A stretch of 64,000 nt of DNA, taken from the NCBI GenBank assembly GCA_964247055.1, contig OZ176058.1:124001-188000 (forward strand), written 5' to 3'. Made by a program: the position numbers and the translations under genes. Numbering within the stretch: the stretch's first letter is position 1; every line of letters begins with the position of its first letter. The DNA is from Paragordius varius. Lineage: Eukaryota > Animalia > Nematomorpha. Under the pieces are notes generated by a model. It was not told where the DNA came from and did not search any database. It was given only the letters and a program-made list of their open reading frames with translations. Below, in pieces: positions 27,201 to 40,000 of the stretch.

Positions 27201-30200
27201 TAAAAGATATAAAAATTAGTAAATTTTTATTTAGTTTTTTATTTTAAATATATGGCATAATTTAGTTTTATTCTTAATTTTTTAATTTCAGTATTGTTCT
27301 AAAAATTAGTTAATTTTTAGTTACACTTTTAATATTTATATGTATGTCATAAAAATTTAGTTTAATTCTTAATTTTTTGATTTTAGTTTTGTTCTAGTGA
27401 ATTAAAAATAAAAATTAATAATAAATACAGTAAAAATTGATATTATACGGGGAAGGACAAAACATAAAAATATAAAGACAAATATTTTATCTAAAAGACA
27501 ACCAACCATACTTTTTAAATCTTTGATTTTTCTCATATAACCTAAAATACTGAGAGTAATATATAAAATTGGTAAATTTTATGTTAATTTTAATACAATA
27601 AAAATTGAAATTATACGGGAGAATAAAAATATAAAACGCTTTTAAAAACCCCATACTTTTTTTTACTTATTTTTTTCTATAGAAGCTCTTTAATGTTAAT
27701 ATTATATAATTGTTGTGTTACCATTATACATCTATAATACTTTGGAAATAGAAAATAGGTTAAAGTTTTAAAATCAAAAAAGTAAAAAAATTTTAAATTT
27801 TAACTTTGTCTATGTAATTTATTCTGTCTTACTTATTTATACCAATTATATATCAATTAATGCTATGACGAAATAAAATTTATATTACAGCGAAATTTGA
27901 AATTATACGGACAAAACTTCAAATTATAAAAACAAAAATTTTTTTCTAAAGGATAATCATACTTTTTAAACTTTATTTTTTTATATAGCTGTTTAATTAC
28001 AATTTTAAAATATAAAATTGATTGTGTTACCATTATACATCTTTAATACTTTGGAAATAGAAAACAATAGGTAATAGTTTAAAAATCAAGTTAAAAATGT
28101 ATAAATTTTTTAAATTTTAACTTTTATGTAATTTATTTTATCTTTATTAACTAAATATTTATACGAATTTTTAATCAATTAATGCTATGACGAAATAAAA
28201 TTTATATTACAGTGAAATTTGAAATTATACGGACAAAACTTAAAAATATAAAGACAAATTTTTCATTATAAAAGACAACCATACTTTTTTAAACCTTAAT
28301 ATTTCTTATATAAACCTACCAACCACTGAAAATAAAATTGATGAGTTTTCCTATCATCTGTTTTTGATACATTTTCGATTAAATTAATGAGTTAAATTTA
28401 AAAAAAATTAAGATATAAAAAGTATAGTTGTCCTTTTGAAAACAATTTATTTTTATAATTTAAATTTTTACATATCCGTAAAATTTCAATTTTTACTGTA
28501 AAAAACAGATATGTAAAAAGCATACCTCCTAATCATGCATTTTTGATTGATTCAATATTGAAAGGTGCATGGTTTGATTGTTGAAATATCATATATATAT
28601 ATATATTAAAAAAACTTTTATAAAAAATATTAGAAAATTTCGAGAAATACATATTAAAAAATTTAAAAAAAAAATCGAATAAAAATTGATAATAAAAATT
28701 GGATTTAAAAATATATTTTTATTTTATAATATTATATATCAAAAATTTATATTTATAAAAACATTTATAAAAATAACTTAAAAATAATAAAAAAATAAAA
28801 TAATTTAAAAAATAAAATAATTTTTAATAATTATTTATAACTTTATTTATGATATCTTTGGCTTTGGTTTCAAAGAGCTGTTCAAGTTTTTCATAATCAA
28901 TTTTTAAATTTGGGATTCTTCGATTCCATATACAACAGTCTTGATTCTGATATTATATAAAAATATTTAAAAAAGATAAATTTAAAACAATTTTAAAATT
29001 ACTTTTTAACATAATAAACCTTGTCATTGAACATATTTTACAGTAAAAATTAAAATTATACGGACCAAATGTAAAAATATAACAAATATCTTTACAAAAC
29101 CATACTATTTTAGATGTTAATAATTTAAAATATAACTCACTGTTTTAAACTGCAAAGTGTAAATATAATATATACTGGTAACACATCAAATATATATTTT
29201 AAGATTATTATTAAATGCTTTTAATCGGATAAATTGACGTTTGAATTTAAAAAATAAATTTTGTATTTTTACGTTTTGTCCATAGTAATCAATTTTTACT
29301 GTATATTGTAATGACTTTTTATTTCATTACATATTTTGCATAAAATCTAAAAAAATGGTTAGTAATGCGCCTTTATTTTTCAAATTCGGCCCGTGCATTT
29401 GTGTTAAAATACCCCTGGTTTAAACACAAAACTTAAACTCTAAAATATTAAAGATAAATACAATATATGAAAAGAATTTAATTTTATAAACAAAGATACC
29501 TTAATATTTGTTATAAATTAACAATCTGATAATCTTAATAAAATTATTACCTCTAAATCGAAAAATTAATATCATGTATAAAAAAAGTTTACCTTAAAAA
29601 GGCAAATTTTCGATGATTGATTATTATTTTGTGGTAAACTTTTTAGTTCTCGCCAAAAAAGTCTTAGAGTTTTTCTACTATTCATATTATTTGCTCCATT
29701 GCTTGTTGATAAATTCAATGTGGAAGTTGATAGATTTTTTTGGTGATGTTGTAAAGCGTTATTTTTTCCCGGTGCTAAAACAATAAATAGATGGCGTGTT
29801 TCATATATATATATGCCAAAATAATTATGTTATACTAAAGGAATGCATAAAAATTGTATAATTTTTTGGAATTTTAAAAGATTTTGCTTTAAAAAGTTTG
29901 AAAATTAATTTAATTTAATTTAAAGACAGGCATGTGTTTCTTTTTGCGAATCTTATAATTAAAAATTCCTAATTTTTAGGATTAATAATTATTAATACAT
30001 AAAATTTCCTACTAAAGTTAATAAAATTTATTCTAAGATAAACCCTAAATTTATTGATATTAAATCAAAGTTAAAAATTAAAAATTATACTATGGACAAA
30101 ACATAAAAATATAAAGACACTATTTTTGCTTAAAGACAACCCCATACTTTTTAAATTTTAATTTTTTGTAATTATAACTGATTGTTTTAAATTTTAAGCA

Positions 30201-33200
30201 GGAAATAGAGACTATTAGTAACACAATCAATATTACATTTTCGATGTAATTTTTAATATTTTATTTAAGAAAAATTAACGTTTAAAAAAGTATGGGGTTG
30301 TTATTTAATAGAAATTTTGTGTTTATATTTTTACGTTTTGTCCGTATAATATCAATTTTTACTGTATATGGCGAAATATTTAGTCATATAGAATATAAAT
30401 AAATTTATTAAAATGACCTTAAAAAGTTGATAGTTATATTTATAAAGAATCTTAAATTTTTTTTGAAAGTCAACATTAAAAATTGTATAAATTTTAAGTT
30501 GATGGATATTATTATCTTATTATATATTTTGTTTATATAGAGAGCTAATAAATTTATGTATCAAAATAGTAAATAACACTAAATTCAGAAATAAAAATGT
30601 ATTTTGATATTGAAAATATATCATCATAAATTAAAATTAATCAAAAATCACAACTATACTTAATTTTTATTATATAAATAATTAAAAAATAAAAATTGAT
30701 TATGTTATCAATAATCACTATTTCATGCTTTGTTTTTTTAACAATATTTTATATTTCAAAAAAATATCAAGATATAAAATGTATATGGTTGGTTGTCTTT
30801 TAGATTTAAAAATATGGTTGTCTTTATATTTTTACGTTTAATCCCAATTTTTACTGTAAATAAATAATTTATATTTCAAATTATCAAGGTTTAAAAAATC
30901 TTTAGAGTATTTTAGATTAAAAAAAAATTTTTTCTTCAAATTTTATATTTTTACATATAATTTCAATTTTTTCTAAAAATAAAACTAACTAACCTTTTAG
31001 TGTATTAAAATTAGTATTATTCATGGGAAAATTGCCATTTTTTAAAATTTACAAAAATTTCGAAATATCTTAAAAGTATATGGTTGTCTTTTATAAAAAA
31101 TATGGTTTATATATTTAAGTTTTGTCCTTACATATAATTTCAATAAATAGTTTATATTTCAAAATATCGAGACAAAGAAAGGTATATGTTTAGTTGTCTT
31201 TTAGATTTAAAAATATATTTGCCTTTATATTTTTACGTTTTTACCATCCGTATAATTTCAATTTTTACTGTAAATAAAAATTATAACCTTGGAGTGTATT
31301 AAAAATGGTTTATATTTTAAAATATCAAGATATAAAAAGGTATATGCTTAGTTGTCATTTAGATTAAAAAATATGGTTGTCTTTATATTTTTACGTTTAA
31401 TTTCAAATTTTACTGTAAATAAAAACAAATAGCCTTTTAGTATATATTTAGTTGTCTTTTAGATTAAAAAATATATTTGTCTTTTTTACGTTTTGTTCAT
31501 CCGTATAATTTAAATTTTTACTGTATTAATTACTTTTATAGAATAATTCAAGTTTAAAAACAGTACAAATGATCCTTAATAAAATATATGCTTGCCAATA
31601 TATTTTTACGTTTTGTCCTTTCGTATAATTTCAATAAATATTTTATATTTTAAATTATCATAAAAGTCTTTTGGAGTATTTTAGATTAAAAAAAATATTT
31701 TCTTCAAATTTTATATTTTTACGTTTTATTTCAATTTTTACAGTAAATAAAAGCAACTAACCTTGGAGTGTATTAGTATTATTCATGGGAGAAATGGTTT
31801 ACATTTCAAAACTCATAAATAATTACAAAAAACTTAAGAGTTATAAAGAATTTTGAGTATTTTAGATTAAAAATCGTCTTTATATTTGTATATATATTTT
31901 TACATATAATTTCAATTTTTACTGTAAATAAAGAAAACTCACCTTTTAGTGTATTATTCATAGGAGAATTCATTTTTATTTGATAAATTAAGATTTTCAA
32001 AATATCAAGACAAAAAAATATTTCAAAATACCAATAATAAAAAACATGGAGTTGATAGCTTTATAAAAAATTTTTTTTCAAATTTTTAAGTTTTGTCTTT
32101 ATATTTTTACATTTTTACCCAATTTTCATAAATAATTTAAGCAAAAATAACTAACCTTTAAGTGTATTAGTATTTGTATTCATCATGGAAGAATAGCCAT
32201 TTTTATTCGATAAATTTCCATTTTTTGTTAAACCAAAAAGGGGAGGTGGGGCTGGAATTCCCCCCATTGGGGGCGAAGGGGGTGGGGGGGCCAATGGAAC
32301 TCCTTTGGTAGAAATATTTGAATTTCCTTTTTTATTATGAGAAATTTCAAAATTATTATTCAAATTTAAGGTATTTAAAGGTTTTTCAAATGTGTTTTTA
32401 ACATTAATTCCAGGATTATTCTCGATGATTTGTTCATTTTGAATGAAATTATTTGAATTGAATTCATCATCAGCTGATGTGAGATTAGTAAAATCTAAAT
32501 CGCCAATCCGAAGGGGTCTTTTAAAGGTTCGAGCAATTTTTTCCCATTCACTCATAAGAACAGATGATTTCTGAGGCTCTGATGAGCATATATTTGAATT
32601 ATTATTATTAATATTATTATTTGAATTATTATTAAGATTGTTAAAACTGGGTGAATTTTGCGTAGGATATGGCGAAAAAACAGGTGATTGACTTGACTTG
32701 GTTTGAAAAGTAGATGGCGTATTTGAAGGCGTGGAGAATTGAGAGTTAGTAAAATTAATGTTATAATTTCTACTATCGCTTGGCTAAAATTTATACATAA
32801 ATATAATTCAGTAAAAATTGAAACTATACGGACAAAAGGTAAAAAATATAAAGACAAATATTTTTTTAAAAAACCCTAAATTTTTTAAATCTTGATTTTT
32901 TTTCTAATTTATAGTTACAATGGTGAAATAAAGAATTTATTGTGTTAGTAATATATAACACTATTTTAGACTACGCCAAAAACAATGAGTTATATTTAAA
33001 AAATCATTATTGAAGTATGATTGTTGTCTTTTGAAAAAAAACATTTGTCTTTATATTTTTACGCTTTGTCCGTCCGTATAATTTCAGTTTTTACTGTATA
33101 AGTGAGATATAAATAGGTATTTGTTCTTTTCACAATTTTACTATTCGTAAGTACCCTACTTCTAAATAAAATTATATTCAAAAAAATTAATAAAAACCAA

Positions 33201-34046
33201 TAAAAACTTTTATAAACCAACCTCAGATGTGTAAGAGCTATAATTTTGCCCATTTGTCATTAGAGTTTCTTTAAGGTTTGCTGGGAATTTATTTTGACTT
33301 TTATTTACAAAATTATTAGTATTTTGATAATTATTATTAGAGACATTCAAAGTGTTTAAGGGTTTAAAATCCTTAACATTCGTTAAAGCATATGGTAAAA
33401 CATGTGATTTGGTGAATGATGCCTCATCATGTGCTGATGTTGGAAAATCAGCTGTTTTACCACCATTTTTTGTGCTTTCAAGCGCTTGAAATTTATGACG
33501 AGCCGAAATATTTTGATTTAAATTTTGGGAACCATAACCGGAAACAGCTGTAAAAGGCGGAGGCTCAGCTGTTTTTACGCTCATATGGCTATTCGGAGTT
33601 TTCGATTCAGTAAGGTAACTATTTCTATCACTATATGGGTCATTTATATTGGTAGATTGATAATTATTGTTGTAATGATTTAGATTAGTTTTCTGACTAT
33701 AATTATTCGCATGGCTAATTGAGTTTTGTTTTTTAGTAAATGTTTCAGAATGTCCATTTATTGACTTGCTTTGGGGTAAGCTTTGGCCCATTCCGTTGTT
33801 ATAACTGTTTAAAAAATTTCTTGAATCAGAAATTGAACTAGAACAGCTGATAGGATCACCTGATGTTTTAGTATCGGTTTTACTTTTTGCCGGTCGACTA
33901 GTAACCAAATCAGATTGTTTAAAACGATCTCTCCAGCTGACCGTCGCATAACTAGGGGGCGTTTTTTGATTTTTATCAAAAAAATTATTATTTTTATTAT
34001 TATTGCTATTATTATTCATAAAGTTTTTATCTGAATATCGACCGCC

Positions 34047-34077
<31 letters not shown>

Positions 34078-37000
34078 CATTAATAAACTGTATTAAAATT
34101 TTACAGATATAACGTAAAAACTAAAAGACAAATATTTTTTATCCATGATTTTTTTTATGTATAAAGTTGTTTAATTACAATTTTAAAATATATTTATAAA
34201 TGTATAAATCTCTACTTACTTGGCAATTTTATTATTTATATTAAAAAATCTTGGTTTCTATGTTGTCATTTGAAAAATGTTTTCCTTTAAGTTTTTAGGG
34301 TTTGTCCGTATAATTAAGTCGCTTAATTTCATTTTTTTCTATACCATTTACCCCTTTAATCTATTAAATCACAAATAAGAAATTTTTTGTTAAATCTGTC
34401 CGTAAAAAAGAAGGTATCAATTCGAAATCAAATTTTTATCTTTTACTCAAATTTTACCCTCAAACAATTCAAATACCTTGAACAATTCAAATTCACCCTT
34501 GAACAATTCAAATATACCCTTAACGAATTCAAATTGACCCTTGAACATGACCCTTAAACAATTCAAATTTCCTCTTGAACAATTCAAATTTACCCTGACA
34601 AATAAATTATGTGTTACGAGCTAATATAACTTAGCGTTAATCTGAAATATTAGTTTATGGCGCATAGTTTATTATTTTTTCAATATTTTTTCAATTTTAA
34701 ATAAAATATCTTTTTTGATATATAAAAAAAATAGGTAATTTTAAATCTTAAAAAACACATAATTTTTTAGGGTGAATTGATTTTTCGAGGGTGAATTAGA
34801 AATGTCTAAGGGTTTTAGGGTGAATTTTAACTGTAAATGGTATTAACTGTTTTGATAAAGTTTTTGTCTGAATATCGATTGCTTAAAAAAAGTTAATTTT
34901 GAATTATTAATAACTAATTTGTAAAATATAAAAGTTATTATGTTACCAAAATACTTTTCTATTCCATACTTTGCATTTTTAAAAAATTCGCATTTTAAAA
35001 AGTGTAGCGGTATAGTTTAAAAAAATATATTTGTCTTTATATTTTTACATTTTGACTGTAAAATTTACAATTTTTACTAAAAATTTAGTTAAATCCAATA
35101 AAACTTAAACTCTATATAATGAAAAAATCAAATTTACATATTTTATAATAAAATAAAAATTTAGTTATAAACTAAGAAATATAAAACTCTATATTATGAG
35201 AAATTGAGTTTTCATAGTTTTTGGATTTTTTTAAAAAAAAATTTAATTATAGGTCCAAGAAACTCAAATTTTATGTTATAAAAAATTTGAATTTTTATAT
35301 TTTTCATTTTTTTTGGATTTTTTAAAAAAAATTTAGTTATAAGTCTAAGAAAACTAAAACTTTATATATAAAAAATAAAATTTTCATATTTTTTAGATTT
35401 TTTTTAAAAAAAAATAGTTATAAATCTAAGAAAAATAAAACTCTATATATAAGAAAATCGAATTTTCATATTTTAATAAAATAGTTTAAAGGCCGAAAAA
35501 ACTAAAACTCTATATTATAAAAAAATCAAATTTTCATATTTTTTAGATTTTTTTTAAAAAACAATTTAGTCAAGTCCAAGAAAATTAAAAAACTCTATAT
35601 TATGAAAAAATCAAACTTTTCATATTATTCAAATTTTTTTAATAAAATAAAAATTTAGTTATAAGTCCAAGAAAACTAAAACTTTATTATTGAAAAAATC
35701 GAGATTTCATATTTTTTTACTGAATTTAGTTAAATCCAAGAAAATTTAAAATCTATATCATGAAAAAATCAAAATTTTATATTTTTTTAAAAAAAAAATT
35801 AGTTATAAGTCTAACAAAACTAAAACTCTATATTATAAAAAAATCAAATTGTTTTTTAGATTTTTTAAAAAAATTTAGTTATAAGTCCAAGAAAAAACCT
35901 ATCTATATTATGAAAAAATCGAACTTTTTCAAATTTTTACAATTTTACTAAAAAATTTATTTTAAGCCAAAAAAACTAAAACTCTATATTATCAAAAAAA
36001 TCAAATTTTCATATTTTTTTGGATTTTTTTTAAAAAAAATTTAGTTATAAGTCCAAGAAAACTAAAACTCTATATATATGTATGAAAAAATCAAATTTTC
36101 ATATTTTTAGAATTTTTTTTAAAATTTTTTTTAAATAAAACCATATTTTTGGATAGATTGAATAGCTTGAAAAGATGATCGGCCATTTTGCAGATCATAT
36201 GGTTTGTGGTCATTTTTCCCATTCATGCATTCATTCCTAAAAAAGTTAAGAACATAATCTATATATAAAAATGTTTATTTTTCAAAAAAACTCTTTTTTA
36301 AGAATTTAATTTTAAAAATTTAACAAGAAAATTAAACGACAAAAGAAAAGAAATTATTTCTTAAATATCGGAAAAACAGCTGTTTCTATAACCATCAAAG
36401 ATGGATATTTTAAAACTATTTTAAAACAGCTGTTTCAAAAATTAAAAAATTTATATTATATATTTTGGATAGAAAAAATTATTATATTTAAAAACAGCTC
36501 TTTAAAATTTAAAAAATTTATATTATATATTTTTTAAAAAATTACTATTTAGCGTCATTTCTTTATAGACTAACTTTTTCATAAATGTTTATACAGTAAA
36601 ATCTGAAATTATACGGAGGGACATAATGTAAAAATATAAAGACAAATATTTTTATCTAAAAGACAACCAACCATACTTTTTACACCTTAATTTTCTAATA
36701 TAAGCTATTTAGATACAATTGTAAAATATTAAATTGATGGAATTTCCTATTTACATCTGTATTCGATACATTTTCGATTAAAATAATGAGTTATATTTAA
36801 AAATAAAATCAAAATTTAAAAAGCAAAGTGGGTTGTGTTTTTTAAAAAAAAAATTGTCTTTATATTTTTAAATTGTCTTTGCGTATAATTTATATTTTTA
36901 CAGTATAATTTTTATCCGTTAAAATATTTATTACAATAAACTTTAAACGAAACTATTATAAATTGATAATTAATCGATAAAAAACCATATATATTTGGTC

Positions 37001-40000
37001 AAAAATAGCTGCTTAATAAACTATATATCTATATAACTAGAAAATTTAAAGTTAAAAATACTTTTTAACGCTGTTTTAGCATTCATTATTGATATTTACA
37101 TTAATTCCCATAGAGGTTTACATTGTTTTAAATTATCGTGCACAAAGGTCTGTTATTTTCATTATTAGTTACATAATTTTCAAATTCTTATTAAAATAAT
37201 TCATTCTTTTTAAATTAAAAAACCATAAATTTAGTCAAAAAACAGCTGTTTTCAACTATAACAAAAAGTTAAAAATTTACTTTTTATGGCCATTTTCATT
37301 GATGTTTACATTATTTTCATAGATGTTTACATTGTTTTCATAGATGTTTACATTATTATCATTATTAAAATTATCAAACTATTATATGGTTAATTTTTAT
37401 CTTGATTTTGTTAAAAAACAGCTGTTTTCAACTAATACAAAAAGTTAAAAATTCACTTTTTAAGGCCATTTTCATTGATATTTACATTGTTTTCATAGAT
37501 GTTTACATTATTTTCATTATTAGTTACATAACCATTTTCATTATTAGTTACATAAGTTTAATTATTATAACATATAAAAATTTCTAAAACTGTTAATTTA
37601 CTTTTTATGGCCATTTTCATTGAAGTTTATATTATTTTCATTATTAGTTACATAATTATTTTTATTATTAGTTACATAATTTTGTTGAATTTTTAGTTAC
37701 ATAATTATTTTCATTATTAGTTACATAATTATTTTCATTATTAGTTACATAATTTTGTTTAATATAGTATAAACTCAAATTTAAAGTTAATTTACTTTTT
37801 GTGGCTATTTGGGTATTCATTATTGATATTTACATTGTTTTCATAGATGTTTACATTATTTTCATTATTAGTTAATCCATTCTCATTATTAGTTACATAA
37901 TTTTGTTGAGTTTTTGCAATGGTTGATAGCTGAGAAAGTGTGGATAATGTTAAATATTTATTACATTGATTTCGTAATTCTGACCACATATTAACATTAA
38001 CATTAATATTATTGCTAAAATTTTCATTATTGTTGGTTAGATTAATTGAGTTTTTAGTATTGAGTTTAGAACTGGAAGTTTCTAGAATAAATAAAAAGAA
38101 TAAATAGATGGGGTATAAAATACCTCAAATATATTTAAATATGGATAGTTAAGATAAATGCTTCAAGATGATGTTTTAATCAACAATAATTATTTTTACT
38201 TAAATATAATTATTTGAATTAAAATTCTGATATATTTCAAAATATGGTAGGATTACAACATTATTGCTAAAATTTTCATTATTGTTGGTTAAATTAATTG
38301 GGTTTTTAGTATTGAGTTTAGTGGAATTGAAAGTTTCTAGAAAAAAAAAGAATAATAAATAGATGGAGTATAAAAAGATCATATATTACTTTAAAATTTA
38401 ATTTTTTTATTAAAAAATTATTTATATTAAAATTTTGATAGATTTCAAAAAAAAATTTTAATGTAATAAATTATAAAACAATTCTATATTGTTGGTTATA
38501 TTAATTGAGTTTTTAGTATTATTCAGTCTTGAATTGGAATTAGAAGTTTCTAGAAAAATAAATAGATGGAGTATTTAAATAATGTATAAACATTAATACT
38601 ATTGTACTTAATAAAAAATTATTTATATTAAAATTTTGATAGATTTCAAAATATTTTTTGTGTTGGTTATATTAATTGGGTTTTTAGTATTATTCAGTCT
38701 AGAATTGGAGGAAGTTTCTAGAATGAATAAAAAGAATAAATAGATGGAGTATAAAAAGTCCTGTTTTATCTCAAAAATTATTTTTTTAATAAAAAATTTA
38801 TATTAAAATTTTGATAGATTTCAAAATATTTTTGGATTTTAATGTAATAAACTATTAAACAATCGCATTTGAATATTTTTTTAAGTCCATTTTTTAATGA
38901 GTTCAGAATTGGAAGTTTCTAGAAAAGTAAAAAAAGAATAAATAGATGGAGTATAAAAAATATATAATATTTATTTGTACTTAAAGAAATTTCTTAAACA
39001 GCTGATCATTTATATAAAAACCATTTTTTTGAAATATTTAAAGGAAACTTTTTGGCATTTACAATTATTTATTTTTCTAATTGATTACTATATATTACTA
39101 CAATCGTTTTGAATATTTTATTTTTTTTATTAAGTCTAAAATTGGAAATTTCTTGACAATATTATTATATAATATAGATGCTAACAGCTGATTCTTTTAT
39201 TACCTTATATATTTATAATATAGTTATTTAAAATAAATTACAAACAGCTGATGGTTTATAATAATATTTATTTTTTTTATACAATTATTATGTAGAATAT
39301 TGAAATTTTGAAGGCAAAAATGTTCGGGATTTACATATATATTTATTTTTTTTAAATATTTCAAGGTTTAAACAATCCTTTGTAATTTTTTTTAAAATCT
39401 TAATTAAACATTTTCAAATTTATTAATTAAATTAAACTATATCATGTAATCGTAATTATATTTATTTGAAAAATTTTGAAATAAACAAATTTTAAATTTA
39501 TTTAAAATGTTAGTAAAAATATTTATACATATAAAAAAATTCTAAATATAAAAATTTAAATCTGTTTTAAATAATTGAATTAAATAAAAACACAATAAAA
39601 AATTAATTTAAAAAAAATTAAGAAAAAATTATTTAACATTTTAATAATTTAAAATGTTAATTTAAAATGTTTATGTATAATGAATGATATAATCTATAAA
39701 AAATTTCTAAATATAAACTTTTAATTCTGTTTTAAATAAATGAATTAAATAAAATAAAAAACAAAATAAAAATGAAATAAAAAAATTCCTAAATAAAAAT
39801 TTTTAATTTTTAAGCATTTATAATAAAAAATATTTTTATATTTGAATGATAAAATCAAAAAATTCAAAATTATTATCTGTTTAATAATTAAGTTAAATAA
39901 ATTTAAAACACAATAAAAAAGTAATTTTTAAAAAAAAATAAGAAAAAATTATTTAAATTTTTAATAAATAATGTTATATAGTTAAAATTTCTATATATAG

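Noticed and set aside
32552-32857. 101-aa hydrophobic ORF overlapping exon 15
   Set aside because: It is an alternative frame of exon 15 starting inside a MITE; the I-rich stretch is the off-frame reading of AAT repeats.
38980-39070. Possible extra FHOD exon between exons 11 and 12
   Set aside because: There is no open frame with compatible phase and splice sites, and exons 11 and 12 already join in frame.
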